A stretch of 64,000 bases of DNA from Alphaproteobacteria bacterium (GTDB lineage Bacteria; Pseudomonadota; Alphaproteobacteria; UBA6615). Positions 41,577 to 52,921 of this stretch are shown one piece after another; positions within the stretch are counted from its first letter, which is position 1; every line of letters starts with the position of its first letter. The stretch covers positions 1-64,000 of the forward strand of contig CBDHEC010000043.1 in assembly GCA_965261975.1 (NCBI GenBank), read 5' to 3'. The notes under the pieces are model-generated. The model was not told the DNA's origin and did no database searches. It saw nothing but the letters and a program-made list of their open reading frames with translations. Position numbers and translations under genes: made by a program.

Positions 41577-42620
41577 ATGACGGATACAACGGCAGCCTCT
41601 CCCCCTGCACAAGCGGGCTTTGCACCGGTCGCGTTGCGATCGTTCGCTTGGTCGGTGGTCGCGGTCGCCTTTCTCTTCGTCCTGAACAACTATCTTATTT
41701 TCTGGCAGGACTGGCCCGGCCTCTCGAACCTGTTTGCCCATTTGGGCTGGTTCGGTTTCGACGCGCTGCGCAAGCCGCTGTCGGGTGGTTCGGTGACACT
41801 CGCCTGGATTCAGCTGGCAAGCTATCTGGTGATCGTCCTCGCTGTAATCGGCTTTGTGATCTCGACACCTCAACGGCTCTTGCACGAAGACGCCGCCAGG
41901 CTTGGCGCAATTGCCGCCTATATCGTGCGCGCGGCATTCTGGGCCGTCCTCATCGTCGGCATCGGCGATGCAATCATCTCCTTCCTCCGTGTCGAAGGGT
42001 TTCTCGGTGCGCTCGTCGGTGCGGACCTCGAGAAGCAACTGGGAATCTCGCGGGTCCGGGGCACCTATGTGCATATGCCGCTGATCGTCATCGCCTGCAT
42101 CATCGCCTATTTCGCGCGCACCCTCGGATTCACCTGGCTGGCGCTGCTGGTCGTGGTCGCCGAACTGCAAATCGTCATCGCCCGCTTCGTCTTTTCCTAC
42201 GAGCAGGCCTTTATGGGCGACCTCGTGCGCTTCTGGTATGCGGGGCTGTTCCTCTTTGCCAGCGCCTACGCGCTTGTCGAGGAAGGCCATGTGCGTGTCG
42301 ACGTTCTGTATGCCGGCTTCGGCCCGCGCGGCAAGGCATGGACCAATGTTCTCGGCTGCCTGCTCCTCGGCGCTCCGCTCTGCTGGATAATCATCTCGCT
42401 GGGCATGTGGTCCAAGGCGGCGGTTATCAACAGTCCGATTCTCGCCTTCGAGGTAACCCAGGCGGGGTTCGGCATGTTCGTCAAATACCTCATGGCGGGA
42501 TTCCTGGCGGTCTTTGCATTGTCCATGCTGGCCCAGTTCATGAACTACTTCCTCGCCAATGCGGCCGAGTTGCATGAAGAACCCGGTCGCCCAGCGCGCC
42601 CCGGCGGCCTGAATGACTAG
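41577..42620 (+). CDS. TRAP transporter small permease DctQ with N-terminal extra TM domain
   Basis: The C-terminal half has ASAYALVEEGHVRVDVLY. At 347 aa it is about twice a canonical DctQ. Confidence 0.88.
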   Translation: MTDTTAASPPAQAGFAPVALRSFAWSVVAVAFLFVLNNYLIFWQDWPGLSNLFAHLGWFGFDALRKPLSGGSVTLAWIQLASYLVIVLAVIGFVISTPQRLLHEDAARLGAIAAYIVRAAFWAVLIVGIGDAIISFLRVEGFLGALVGADLEKQLGISRVRGTYVHMPLIVIACIIAYFARTLGFTWLALLVVVAELQIVIARFVFSYEQAFMGDLVRFWYAGLFLFASAYALVEEGHVRVDVLYAGFGPRGKAWTNVLGCLLLGAPLCWIIISLGMWSKAAVINSPILAFEVTQAGFGMFVKYLMAGFLAVFALSMLAQFMNYFLANAAELHEEPGRPARPGGLND

Positions 42621-42638
42621 CGCGCGGGATCAGCACTG

Positions 42639-45299
42639 ATGGAACTCCTTTTCGTAGCATTGCTGGTCCTGATCATGGCGGCCGCCCTGGGTATGGGCTT
42701 CCCGGTCGCCTTCGCCCTGCCGGGTGCGGCAATCCTGACGATCGGCCTTGCGGCACTCACAGGCGTGATCTTCGCGGGCGATACCGGCGCCTACTTCGCC
42801 CAGGACGGGCCCATTCAGTGGCTGACGGCCGGGGTGACCAATTTCAGAGGGGTCTACTGGGAAGTCGAACGCGACACCCTGATTGCGGTGCCACTGTTTG
42901 TCTTCATGGGCATCATGCTGCAGCGCTCGAAGATCGCCGAAGACCTTCTGGTCACGATGGCGCAGCTGTTTGGACCGGTTCCCGGCGGCCTCGGCATCTC
43001 GGTCGTCTTCGTTGGCGCCCTGCTCGCCGCCACCACAGGTATCGTCGGCGCAACGGTCGTCGCCATGGGGTTGATCTCCCTGCCGGCGATGCTGCGCAAC
43101 AACTACTCCAAGCCGCTCGCGACCGGAACCATCGCCGCCTCGGGCACACTGGGCCAGATTATTCCGCCCTCGATCGTGCTCATTATCCTGGCCGACCAGC
43201 TCTCCAACGCGACCGATCAGGCCAGCACCGCCCGCAAACTCGAGTACAAATTCGGCACCGGCGAGATCACGATGCCGAGCGAGTTCGACATCACCTCGAC
43301 CAGCGCCGGCGACATGTTCCTGGGTGCCTTGCTGCCGGGCCTCGTTCTCGTCGGTCTCTATGCGCTCTATATCCTGGTCTTCGCCTTCCTGAAGAAGGGC
43401 TCGGCCCCGCCCGTCCCCTATGAGGGCCGCTACGATCTGCGTTTCGCCGGCCGGGTCCTGCTGGCACTGGTACCACCGCTGACCCTGATCCTCGCGGTGC
43501 TGGGTTCGATCATTATGGGTATCGCCACGGTCAACCAGGCCGGTGCCATCGGCGCGGTGGGCGCCATGATCATGGCCGGCTACCGGCTCAAGGACGGGCA
43601 GCGCGGCGCCTTCTATCCCGCCATCCTGGCGATTATCTCGATTGCCGTGATCCTGTTTCTCGGCAATCAGTTCGACCTGAACGTGAAATCCATCGACGAC
43701 GGGACGGACGCGCTTGGTGTTATTCTTGCCGCGATCGCTGTCGTGGGGCTTCTCGTCGCGGTCATCTGGAGCGCCTGGCGCACGCTCAAGATCGACGACA
43801 CGCTGCGCGGGGTCATGGTGGAAACGGCGAAGACCACCTCGATGGTCTTCATCATCCTGCTCGGCGCGGCAATGCTGACGGCCGCCTTCCGCGCCTTCGG
43901 CGGCGAGGAGCTGGTCAGAGAGTTCCTTGGCGGCCTGCCGGGCGGATTCTGGACCCAGTTCGTCGTCGTCATGGCCGTGATCTTCGTCCTCGGATTCTTC
44001 CTGGACTTCATCGAGATCGCCGTCGTGGTGGTCCCGATCATCGCCCCGATCCTGCTGGCCGACCCGTCGGCCAATATATCGGCCGTCTGGCTGGGCGTGA
44101 TGATCGGCGTCAACATGCAGACATCGTTCCTGACGCCCCCCTTCGGCTTCGCATTGTTCTGTCTGCGTGGCGTCGCGCCTCCGGAAGTCAAAACCACCGA
44201 CATGTACAAGGGCGTGACCGTCTTCATCGGCTTGCAGCTGATCGGTCTCGCCATCGTCGGTTTCTTCCCGGGCCTGGTGAACTTCCTGCCCAACAAGTCG
44301 TTCCTCACGGCCGATACGGCACCACCGCCACAGAACCCGCGACTCCAGGTATGTATCGAGGAGCATCTATTCAGCTTCTATGACCAGAACGGCAACCAGA
44401 TTCAGGCCGCCATCAACGACGCCCATAAACTACCCATGTCCGCGCTTCCCGAGAAGCATGCCACAGCGCTGCGCGCGAGCCTGGACAAGGCCGGCAGCGT
44501 CTTCGCACGGGTCGAGGATGTGCGTGCCACGGCGGCCGGCGTCGCCGCATTCACTCCCGACTACGAGCCATTCCATCGCCAGGTCCGCCGTCTCGAATCC
44601 GACGCCCGCAAGGTCGACGCGGAGGTCGATGAAATTCGCAACGAGATCTTCCAGCTCAAGCGTGACGAAGATGTCGAGGGTTTGCGCGATGCCGAGCACG
44701 AGATTGAAGAACTGCTCGCCCATCAAGCCGAACTCCGGTCGCGAATTCCCGCTGAATGGGCAGACACCCGCAAACAGTTCGTCGACCTGACCGGCGCCGA
44801 GCGCAAGGCACGCCTTGCATATCGGCGCACCGTCGATGAGGCTTATGGTCCGGTCCGTGACATCCGCGTGATCCTGGCCGACACCGACGCGCTCGCCGCC
44901 ATCGGCGACGACCTCACCGCGCTGCAGGACTTCGTGCGAACAGCCAGCCCGGAAGAGGCTTCTGCAGCCATCCGCGCTTTCTCCAGCGACAGACTGTCCG
45001 GCCTCGCCCAGGTGAACGACATTCGCAGCCCGCTATCCAAGGCACGCCGCGCGCTTTCACCGCGACGCCTGAACCGCGATACGGCGAATGCGGAAGTCGC
45101 GAAGGCGATCGCCGCACATGCCACCGAGGTGGAATGGCGTAAGCGCGCCGACGCGGCCCTGTCGGGTGGGCTTGCCACCTACAACGAGGCCATACGCACA
45201 TCCATCGGGTTGCGGTTGCAGGATCGTCTACCCAAAGAGATCACCAGCGATATCGCAAGCTGCCTCGCGGTGCACAGGGATATCTCCCTGAACTTCTAG
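42639..45299 (+). CDS. TRAP transporter large permease DctM with long soluble C-terminal extension
   Basis: AVPLFVFMG, GTLGQIIPPS, GFFLDFIE, QTSFLTPPFG, then about 335 hydrophilic helical residues. Confidence 0.93.
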   Translation: MELLFVALLVLIMAAALGMGFPVAFALPGAAILTIGLAALTGVIFAGDTGAYFAQDGPIQWLTAGVTNFRGVYWEVERDTLIAVPLFVFMGIMLQRSKIAEDLLVTMAQLFGPVPGGLGISVVFVGALLAATTGIVGATVVAMGLISLPAMLRNNYSKPLATGTIAASGTLGQIIPPSIVLIILADQLSNATDQASTARKLEYKFGTGEITMPSEFDITSTSAGDMFLGALLPGLVLVGLYALYILVFAFLKKGSAPPVPYEGRYDLRFAGRVLLALVPPLTLILAVLGSIIMGIATVNQAGAIGAVGAMIMAGYRLKDGQRGAFYPAILAIISIAVILFLGNQFDLNVKSIDDGTDALGVILAAIAVVGLLVAVIWSAWRTLKIDDTLRGVMVETAKTTSMVFIILLGAAMLTAAFRAFGGEELVREFLGGLPGGFWTQFVVVMAVIFVLGFFLDFIEIAVVVVPIIAPILLADPSANISAVWLGVMIGVNMQTSFLTPPFGFALFCLRGVAPPEVKTTDMYKGVTVFIGLQLIGLAIVGFFPGLVNFLPNKSFLTADTAPPPQNPRLQVCIEEHLFSFYDQNGNQIQAAINDAHKLPMSALPEKHATALRASLDKAGSVFARVEDVRATAAGVAAFTPDYEPFHRQVRRLESDARKVDAEVDEIRNEIFQLKRDEDVEGLRDAEHEIEELLAHQAELRSRIPAEWADTRKQFVDLTGAERKARLAYRRTVDEAYGPVRDIRVILADTDALAAIGDDLTALQDFVRTASPEEASAAIRAFSSDRLSGLAQVNDIRSPLSKARRALSPRRLNRDTANAEVAKAIAAHATEVEWRKRADAALSGGLATYNEAIRTSIGLRLQDRLPKEITSDIASCLAVHRDISLNF

Positions 45300-45320
45300 G
45301 CCGCGACGACCAAGCCAAGC

Positions 45321-45357
45321 AAAACGGCCGCCCCTCGTCATGAGATGGCGGCCTTTT
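45321..45357. terminator. Possible bidirectional terminator
   Basis: AAA-C-GGCCGCC...GGCGGCC-TTTT between convergent dctM and bioY. Confidence 0.55.
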
Positions 45358-45374
45358 AGTGATTATGTCGGTGT

Positions 45375-45965
45375 TCAGTCGCCGCGTTTGCGAATGGCCA
45401 GTTTCCAAACCAATGGTAAAATCGCCGCGGCCAGTGCGATCTTCACGAATGCGCCGACAATAAATGGGCTGAAGCCGTTCGCCAGCGCGGCCTGAAAATC
45501 GCCCAGGAAGAACGCAAGCCAGGTCACACCCAACGCAAAAATTACGCCGGTGCCGATAAACATCGCCACAAAGGTGAGCGGAACACTGCGATCCCAGCCT
45601 TTCTCGCCCAACCAGCCGACGAGCATGGCGGCCACGAGGAAGCCGACCAGATAGCCCGTCGTCGGACCGGCGAAGTAGGCGATGCCGCCGCCGCTGGCGA
45701 AAACCGGCAAGCCGACTGCACCTTCGGCGAGATACAGGAGCAGCGTCGCACCGGCGAGGCGCCAACCGTAGGACATGCCGATCACCAGTACCGCAAAGGT
45801 CTGCATCGTCATCGGGACCGGCCACATCGGGACCTGGGTCCTGGCCGACAATGCCATCAGGATGCTGCCCGCTACCGCCAGCAGCGCCATACGGAGCAAA
45901 CCGCCGGACTGCCGGGGCCAAATTGAATCGATCAACGTGGGCGCTGTGCCTGCCGTCATCTGCAT
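45375..45965 (-). CDS. bioY: Biotin transporter BioY
   Basis: PVPMTMQTFAV, GLPVFA, GPTTGYLVGF. Confidence 0.95.
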   Translation of the reverse strand: MQMTAGTAPTLIDSIWPRQSGGLLRMALLAVAGSILMALSARTQVPMWPVPMTMQTFAVLVIGMSYGWRLAGATLLLYLAEGAVGLPVFASGGGIAYFAGPTTGYLVGFLVAAMLVGWLGEKGWDRSVPLTFVAMFIGTGVIFALGVTWLAFFLGDFQAALANGFSPFIVGAFVKIALAAAILPLVWKLAIRKRGD

Positions 45966-46050
45966 CTAAAGTCTCCAATCTCTCGGAAAAGCGTCGCTGT
46001 CTGTTAACAGTTTCCAGCAACGGTGCCAATTGTCTCGGGTACTGACAACC

Positions 46051-48276
46051 CTATGAGAAACGCGGGGCGCTGGGAAAACCCTTCGGAACCTTACGCCCCG
46101 CCTGGGCGCGCTTGCCCATCCAGTCCTTCAGCTCATCGCCGGCGAATGTCCGATGCCGATCGCCGGTGCGCGTGGTGAGGCCTTCCGACATCGCGAAAGT
46201 CGCAACATCTGCCAGGCTGTCGCCGGAACCATAGCTCTGCAACTTCACCCCGCGACCGCGTGACATCTCGGGCAGTTCGGACAGCGCGAAGACAATCATC
46301 TTCCGCTTCTTGCCCAGCACCGCGATATGGTCACCCTGAGCCGGTGCGCAGGCCACCGCCTCCACGTCACCCTTCACGTTCAAAACCTGCTTGCCGCTCT
46401 TAGTCTGGGCGACGACCTCGTCCTCGGGCACGACGAAACCGCGCCCATCGCTCGACGCGACAACCAGCTTGTCGCCGGGCTTGTGCACCTTGAGAGAGAC
46501 GATCTCCGCGTCGTTGCCCAGGTCGAACATCAGGCGCAGCGGCTCACCATGCCCGCGCCCACCGGGCAGCTTGTCCACCGCCACGGTGTAGAAGCGCCCG
46601 TTCGTTCCGAACACCAGCAGCTTGTCGGTCGTCTCGGCGGGAATGACGAATTTACCGCGATCGCCTTCCTTGAATTTGAGCTCCTTCGGGTCGATCCCCT
46701 GCCCCTTGATCGTGCGGACCCAACCCTTCTCCGAACACACGATGGTAACGGGCTCGCGCTCGATCATCGCCTCGACCGGGACGGCGACGGGCTCGGGGGC
46801 ATCGGCGATCTCGGTACGGCGGCGGCCCAGTGCCGTCTTCGGGCCGAACGCCTTCTTGAGTTCCGCGATCTCCGCGGCCAGCCGCTTGGTTCGCTTGGCC
46901 TTGTCGCGCAGTAGCGCCTTGAGGGTCTTCTGCTCCCCTTCAAGCCCCTCGATCTCTTCGCGAATGGCAATTTCCTCGAGCCGGCGCAGGGAGCGCAGCC
47001 GCATGTTGAGGATCGCATCGACCTGCGCATCATTCAGCTTCCAGCGCTTCTTCATCACCGCGCGGGGATCGTCTTCCTCACGGATAACCGCGATCACCTC
47101 GTCGAGATTGAGGAAGACAACCATGTAGCCCTTCAGAACGTCGAGCCGATCGGCGATCTTCTCCAGCCGGAACTTGGTCCGACGCACCAGGACCTCGTGA
47201 CGATGGTCCAGATAGGCCTGGAGCACTTCGCGCAGATTCATGACCCGCGGCACGGTCTCGGCGTCGAGCACGTTCATGTTCAGCCCGATGCGCGATTCCA
47301 TATCCGTATTGCGGAAAAGGCTCTCCATGAGCATTTCCGCGGTGACGTTCCGGCTCTTCGGCTCAAGCACCAGGCGGATATCATCGGCGGATTCCTCGCG
47401 AATATCGCCAAGCAATGGCAACTTGCGCGCGTGCATCAACTCCGCAATCCGCTCGATCAGCCGCGACTTTTGCACCTGGTAGGGAATCTCGGTGACCACC
47501 ACCTGATACTGGCCCCGGCCCAGTGACTCCTCTTCCCACTTAGCGCGAATGCGAAAACTGCCCCGCCCGCTGGCATAGGCCTCGACCACGGTCTCGCGAT
47601 CCTCGACCAGCACGCCGCCGGTCGGGAAGTCCGGCCCGGGCATCAGCGACACGAGCTTGGCGATCGTCGCATTGGGGGTCTTCAGCAGATGGGCCAGCGC
47701 ATCGCAGATTTCGCCCACATTATGGGGCGGGATGCTGGTCGCCATGCCGACCGCGATGCCTGTCGCGCCATTGGCGAGCAAATTCGGGAAGTTGGACGGC
47801 AGGACCACCGGCTCGTCGCCTTCACCGTCATAGGTGTCGCGAAAATCGACCGCATTCTCGTCGATTCCGTCGAGCAGCGCCTGCGCAACCTCGGTCATCC
47901 GCGCTTCGGTGTAGCGCATCGCCGCGGCGTTATCTCCGTCGATGTTGCCGAAGTTGCCCTGCCCATCGACCAGCGGATAGCGCACCGCGAATTCCTGGGC
48001 GAGCCGGACCATCGCGTCATAGATCGCCTGATCGCCATGGGGGTGATACTTACCCATCACGTCGCCGACAACGCGTGCACACTTCTTGTAGCCCTGGTCG
48101 GGGTCGAGCCGAAGTTGCCGCATCGCATGCAGCAAGCGCCGGTGCACCGGCTTCAGCCCATCGCGCACATCAGGCAGCGAGCGCGCCATGATCGTCGAGA
48201 GCGCATAGCTCAGATAGCGTTCGCTCAGGGCGTCCTTGAACGCCTCCTGTCGAATCTCACCACCGATAACCGTCAT
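46051..48276 (-). CDS. parC: DNA topoisomerase IV subunit A
   Basis: [36 protein letters not shown], short ParC-type C-terminal domain. Confidence 0.96.
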   Translation of the reverse strand: MTVIGGEIRQEAFKDALSERYLSYALSTIMARSLPDVRDGLKPVHRRLLHAMRQLRLDPDQGYKKCARVVGDVMGKYHPHGDQAIYDAMVRLAQEFAVRYPLVDGQGNFGNIDGDNAAAMRYTEARMTEVAQALLDGIDENAVDFRDTYDGEGDEPVVLPSNFPNLLANGATGIAVGMATSIPPHNVGEICDALAHLLKTPNATIAKLVSLMPGPDFPTGGVLVEDRETVVEAYASGRGSFRIRAKWEEESLGRGQYQVVVTEIPYQVQKSRLIERIAELMHARKLPLLGDIREESADDIRLVLEPKSRNVTAEMLMESLFRNTDMESRIGLNMNVLDAETVPRVMNLREVLQAYLDHRHEVLVRRTKFRLEKIADRLDVLKGYMVVFLNLDEVIAVIREEDDPRAVMKKRWKLNDAQVDAILNMRLRSLRRLEEIAIREEIEGLEGEQKTLKALLRDKAKRTKRLAAEIAELKKAFGPKTALGRRRTEIADAPEPVAVPVEAMIEREPVTIVCSEKGWVRTIKGQGIDPKELKFKEGDRGKFVIPAETTDKLLVFGTNGRFYTVAVDKLPGGRGHGEPLRLMFDLGNDAEIVSLKVHKPGDKLVVASSDGRGFVVPEDEVVAQTKSGKQVLNVKGDVEAVACAPAQGDHIAVLGKKRKMIVFALSELPEMSRGRGVKLQSYGSGDSLADVATFAMSEGLTTRTGDRHRTFAGDELKDWMGKRAQAGRKVPKGFPSAPRFS

Positions 48277-48329
48277 TCTCAAAGCTCCGTTACACAACAC
48301 GCCCTTTTACGACCTGTGCGTGAGTCACC

Positions 48330-49109
48330 TCAAGAAACCGCCGTATCTTTCTCGGTACTGCCGTCTTCGGCCCCCGAATCCCGGCTTACAAGGGATTCGA
48401 GCCGCATGCGCGCAGGTGGCAACGGCCGGTCCAGCGGATCGAAGGCATGTCGGGCCAGAAAATGTCCCGTCAGGCGAAGACCTTCGGTGAAATCGGCGGC
48501 GGATGCCCCCTGTCCCCGGCCGTCGGGCTGGAGAAAACGCGGTAGCGCGAGCATACGATCGGCATAGGGCGCGCCCGCCTCACGTGAGACGGCGCGCCCT
48601 GTTTTCGGGCTGACGAACACCAAGTCGGTGGTTACACCCGTAGCCGCACAGGCCTGCAAATCAAGCCCGAAGCCCAGCTCGCCAAGCAGGCCCATTTCCC
48701 ACTGGATGTAGACCGCGGGCCAGATTTCCTGATCACCATGTGTGAGCGCATCAAAAAGCGCCGCCGTCGCCTCGAACAACCCCGGATGGGGTTCGCGCTC
48801 GGGGATGACTGTCTCCGTCACCGCGCAGGCCGCCGACAGCGCCGCGAGCCGGGCGGGATCATCCATGATCTGAGCGGCGGTGTGACGAGACGGCTCGATC
48901 GTGAAACGACCCAGATGCTCACTCAGGCGCGCGCGCCAGACGGCATCCACGAGGTTTCCCGGCTCGACGTTGGCGCGCTTGCTGCGCGACGCGCCGCCAT
49001 GGACCAGGCCTGCGTGGCGGCCATGGTCACGTGTCAGAATCTGGACGACCGCCGCCCCCTCACCATGGGGTCGGGCGGCGAGTACATATCCCTCGTCACG
49101 CCACTCCAT
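48330..49109 (-). CDS. recO: DNA repair protein RecO
   Basis: MEWRDEG, HGRHAGLV, GFGLDLQACAATG, VSPKTGRAVS. Confidence 0.95.
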   Translation of the reverse strand: MEWRDEGYVLAARPHGEGAAVVQILTRDHGRHAGLVHGGASRSKRANVEPGNLVDAVWRARLSEHLGRFTIEPSRHTAAQIMDDPARLAALSAACAVTETVIPEREPHPGLFEATAALFDALTHGDQEIWPAVYIQWEMGLLGELGFGLDLQACAATGVTTDLVFVSPKTGRAVSREAGAPYADRMLALPRFLQPDGRGQGASAADFTEGLRLTGHFLARHAFDPLDRPLPPARMRLESLVSRDSGAEDGSTEKDTAVS

Positions 49110-49129
49110 GGCGCCGTCGAGTTGGGTGA

Positions 49130-50068
49130 CTAAGCATCGTAACGCAGGCCCCAGTCTCGGAAATGACTCGGGTCTTCGGCCCATTTCTCACGCACCCTGA
49201 CCCGAACGAACAGATGCACGGGACGTTCGAGAATTTCGGCCAGTTCCTGCTGGGCGTCGGCGCGGATGCGTTTGATCATCTGTCCGCCCTTGCCCAGCAC
49301 GATACCCTTCTGGGAATCCCGCGAGACGGTCAGGTTCTGCTCGATGCGCACGCTGCCATTGTCGAACTCTTCCCAGCTCTCGGTCTCGACCGACAGGGAG
49401 TAGGGAATTTCCTGATGCAGCACGAAGTAGGCCTTTTCGCGCGTCACCTCGGCCGCAAAAAGCCGTTGGGGCAGGTCGGATATCTCGTCCTCGGGAAACA
49501 ACCAGGGACCCTGCACCATCTGGTCATAAAAATGGGCCTCCAGATCGTCCACACCGCTGCCATTCAGCGCCGAGATCATGAAGGTCGAATCAAATCGCGC
49601 CATGCCGTTGAGGGTCTCGGACAAGGCCAGCAGCACCTCGCGCTTGAGACCATCCACCTTGTTGAGAACCAGCACCGTGGGGCTCGAATGCATCTCGAGG
49701 CCCTCGATGATCCGCTCGACGTCGCGGTCGAGCCCGCGTTTGGCATCGACCAGCACCGCGATGACATCCGCGTCGGACGCGCCGCCCCAGGCCGCATCAA
49801 CCATCGCGCGGTCCAACCTGCGCTTGGGAGCGAAAATGCCCGGCGTATCGGTGTAGATGATCTGTGTCTCGTCCTTGATGGCGATGCCGCGCACACGCAT
49901 CCGCGTGGTCTGCACCTTGGGACTGACAATCGTCACCTTGGCGCCGACCAGCCGGTTGACCAGCGTCGATTTGCCGGCGTTCGGCGCCCCCAGAACAGAC
50001 ACGAATCCACAACGGGTCCCAGCCTGGTCAAGCGTCTCATCCGACGGGTCGTTCGGCATGTCAGTCAT
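49130..50068 (-). CDS. era: GTPase Era
   Basis: GAPNAGKS, DTPG, NKVD, KH domain with GKGG. Confidence 0.97.
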   Translation of the reverse strand: MTDMPNDPSDETLDQAGTRCGFVSVLGAPNAGKSTLVNRLVGAKVTIVSPKVQTTRMRVRGIAIKDETQIIYTDTPGIFAPKRRLDRAMVDAAWGGASDADVIAVLVDAKRGLDRDVERIIEGLEMHSSPTVLVLNKVDGLKREVLLALSETLNGMARFDSTFMISALNGSGVDDLEAHFYDQMVQGPWLFPEDEISDLPQRLFAAEVTREKAYFVLHQEIPYSLSVETESWEEFDNGSVRIEQNLTVSRDSQKGIVLGKGGQMIKRIRADAQQELAEILERPVHLFVRVRVREKWAEDPSHFRDWGLRYDA

Positions 50069-50729
50069 CGTGATCAATTCCGAGCATCTGCAGCATTATA
50101 GCCGCCGCATCGCGTTCGGCGGCGCGTTTACTCGATCCTGTCGCCTGCACCGGATCCACACCTTCGAGCCGGACCTCGACCGTAAACAGCGGCGCATGGT
50201 CCGGTCCCTTGCGGGCCAGTTCGTGGTAACTCGGCAATCCCCGCGCACCCGCCTGTGCCCATTCCTGCAATGCCGTCTTCGGATCGCGCGGTGGCCGTGC
50301 CACGGTCTCGATGAGGGGGGCCCAGATCCGGCGGACGAATGCATCGGCCACGGCGAACCCGCCATCCCGGTACATCGCTGCAATCAAGGCCTCGACCACA
50401 TCGGCGACGATCGCCTCATTCGTGACCCCGGGTCCTGCGAGAATGTGATCGGCGAGACCCAATTCCGCCCCGACCTGCGACAGGGATCCCGCGTTCACCA
50501 ACGCCGAGAAACGCCGGCCGATCTCGCCCTCGTCCTCCCCGGGGAACCGGTCGAGTAGCATCTGCGCGACAACCAGCCCAAGCACACGGTCGCCCAGAAA
50601 CTCGAGGCGTTCGTAGGAGTGAACCGAATCCAGGCTGGCGTGGGTTAACGCGCGCTCCAGAAGCGCGCGGTTTGCAAATACATGGCCGAGCGTGCGTTCG
50701 AGTGCACCGAGATCGGACGCGGCAGCCAT
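50061..50729 (-). CDS. rnc: Ribonuclease III
   Basis: ERLEFLGDRVLG, ADVVEA, dsRBD starting DPKTALQE. Confidence 0.97.
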   Translation of the reverse strand: MAAASDLGALERTLGHVFANRALLERALTHASLDSVHSYERLEFLGDRVLGLVVAQMLLDRFPGEDEGEIGRRFSALVNAGSLSQVGAELGLADHILAGPGVTNEAIVADVVEALIAAMYRDGGFAVADAFVRRIWAPLIETVARPPRDPKTALQEWAQAGARGLPSYHELARKGPDHAPLFTVEVRLEGVDPVQATGSSKRAAERDAAAIMLQMLGIDHDD

Positions 50730-51472
50730 CAGTCCACGGAATCGAAAATGCGATCGAACCGCGTCGCCTGAATCCAGCGCCACGGCTCCAGCCACCCGGC
50801 GGTACCGTCGGTCGAGAAGAACAACAACTCCGCCCGCCCGATCATATTTTTCGCCGGAACGAACCCCCAGCCCCGGCTGTCGTTGCTGTCGTCGCGGTTG
50901 TCGCCCATGGCGAAGTAGTTACCGGCCGGGACGACAAATTCGCGCGTGTTGTCCGCCGGCCCGCGATCACCAAACCCTTCCCGGATCACGTAGGTCCTGC
51001 CATTGGGAAGAGTTTCTTCATATTGCGGGACCCGGCGCACCTGGCCGCCATTGTCGCGCGACAGATGATCATCGATACGACGACGGGGCACCACCTCACC
51101 GTTGATGTGCAGCCGCCCGCCGATCATCTGAATGCGATCGCCGGGCATGCCGACAATCCGTTTGATGAAGTCTTCCCGGTTGGTTGGCGGATGACGGAAC
51201 ACGGCCACATCGCCCCGGTCCGGCGCGCCACCAAAGATGCGACCGTCGAAGAAACCGAGCCCCAGCGGAAACGAGAAACGACTGTAGCCGTACGAGAACT
51301 TGGAGACGAACAGATAGTCACCGATCAGCAAGGTCGGGATCATGGAACCCGACGGAATGTTGAAGGGCTGAAACAGGAATGTCCGCACCACGCCCGCAAT
51401 CAGCAGCGCATAGATAATCGTGCGCACCGTTTCCATGGTGCCGCCGGTTTTCTTACTGCGGTCTTTCGCCAT
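50729..51472 (-). CDS. lepB: Signal peptidase I
   Basis: IPSGSM, FIKR, MGDNRDDSNDSR. Confidence 0.97.
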   Translation of the reverse strand: MAKDRSKKTGGTMETVRTIIYALLIAGVVRTFLFQPFNIPSGSMIPTLLIGDYLFVSKFSYGYSRFSFPLGLGFFDGRIFGGAPDRGDVAVFRHPPTNREDFIKRIVGMPGDRIQMIGGRLHINGEVVPRRRIDDHLSRDNGGQVRRVPQYEETLPNGRTYVIREGFGDRGPADNTREFVVPAGNYFAMGDNRDDSNDSRGWGFVPAKNMIGRAELLFFSTDGTAGWLEPWRWIQATRFDRIFDSVD

Positions 51473-51609
51473 GTCTGTCCGTTTCGGTTGAAGGTCAGCC
51501 TGTGCTGAGACCCACGGTCCGCCAATTGGGCCACGATGACGCGCGTTCTAGCCCTCCCGCCGGGTTTACGCCAGTCACGAATTCACCGTGGGACATTAAT
51601 TGCTTGGGC

Positions 51610-52065
51610 TCAGTCACCCAGATCGGGGATTGCCGAGATGATGACGATCGCCTGTGCGATCGGCGGCTCGTCGGTCAGCGACAATTCGATCAACGGTTTC
51701 ATGCCTGGTGGCGTGATCTCGGCCAGGCGCGCGGCCGCCCCATTGGTCAGCGCCATGGTGGGCTTGCCCGACGGTAGATTGACCACCCCCATATCGCGCC
51801 AGAAGACTCCTTTCCGGAAGCCCGTACCCAACGCCTTGGAACAGGCCTCTTTCGCGGCGTAACGCTTGGCATAACTGTCGGCGCGGTTCGCCCGGCGGTC
51901 CGATTTCGTCCGCTCGATGTCGGTAAAGCAGCGCTGCACGAACCTGTCACCGAACCGCTCGAGTGTACGTTCGATCCGGGTGATGTCGATCAGGTCACTG
52001 CCCAGGCCGATAATCATCGGGTACATGGGAACCGCGGCCGGACGCTGAGGGTCGTCCTCGCTCAT
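51610..52065 (-). CDS. acpS: Holo-ACP synthase
   Basis: [25 protein letters not shown]. Start may be 52017. Confidence 0.96.
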   Translation of the reverse strand: MSEDDPQRPAAVPMYPMIIGLGSDLIDITRIERTLERFGDRFVQRCFTDIERTKSDRRANRADSYAKRYAAKEACSKALGTGFRKGVFWRDMGVVNLPSGKPTMALTNGAAARLAEITPPGMKPLIELSLTDEPPIAQAIVIISAIPDLGD

Positions 52066-52829
52066 GCGCTCGCCGCACCTTGTGCATCTGCGCGCGCGGC
52101 GTCCATCAGTGATCGCATCCGCCTGATCGAACTATCGAGCCCGCTGAAAATCGCCTCGCCGATAATGAAATGACCGATATTCAGTTCGACGATCTCCGGT
52201 ATCGCGGCAATCGGCGCGACCGTGTCAAACGTGATTCCATGCCCCGCATGGATGTGCAAACCAAGTCCCGCACCATAGGACGCCGCGTCGATGATCCTCG
52301 CCAGCTGGTCCGACGCGGTATCCTCGTCACCCTCGATTAGGGCATCGCAATACGCGCCCACATGGATCTCCACCGCGGGCGCACCGATCGAATGGGAGGC
52401 ATCCATCTGGCGACGGTCGGGCTCGATGAACATCGAGACGATCGCCTTGTTCCCCGTCAACCGGTCGACGAAGTGCTTGAGATGGTTGTGGCCCGAGGCG
52501 ACATCGAGCCCGCCCTCGGTTGTGCGTTCCTCGCGACGCTCCGGCACGATGCACACCGCATGCGGCGCGTGGCGCAGGGCGATGTCGAGCATCTCGTCCG
52601 TGGCCGCCATTTCCAGCGTCAGCGGAATTTCGATCGTATCCATTAGGCGGGCCAGGTCGTCGTCGGAAATATGTCGGCGATCTTCACGCAGATGCGCGAC
52701 GATACTGTCCGCGCCTGCCGCCGCGGCAGCACGCGCCGCGCGCACCGGATCGGGATGCCCGCCACCGCGTGCGTTCCGAATAGTCGCGACATGATCGACA
52801 TTCACGCCCAGACGCAGATCAGAAGCCAT
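52062..52829 (-). CDS. pdxJ: Pyridoxine 5'-phosphate synthase
   Basis: [37 protein letters not shown]. Confidence 0.96.
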   Translation of the reverse strand: MASDLRLGVNVDHVATIRNARGGGHPDPVRAARAAAAAGADSIVAHLREDRRHISDDDLARLMDTIEIPLTLEMAATDEMLDIALRHAPHAVCIVPERREERTTEGGLDVASGHNHLKHFVDRLTGNKAIVSMFIEPDRRQMDASHSIGAPAVEIHVGAYCDALIEGDEDTASDQLARIIDAASYGAGLGLHIHAGHGITFDTVAPIAAIPEIVELNIGHFIIGEAIFSGLDSSIRRMRSLMDAARADAQGAASA

Positions 52830-52921
52830 TGGAGTATCTCGTTATTTGGTGGTTCGGCGGTAGAATTGGCGTTCGTGGAGGTAAAGGTCAACCCGGAGAT
52901 GCACCCCGATCGCCTGGCCGC

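Noticed and set aside
37427-44366. Long antisense ORFs (499, 506 and 578 aa, and similar ones elsewhere)
   Set aside because: Shadow frames opposite well-supported high-GC genes, with no recognisable motifs.
45966-46050. BioR or BirA operator upstream of bioY
   Set aside because: No TTATMKATAA or BirA-type palindrome. Only a short CTGTTAACAG palindrome that could be chance.
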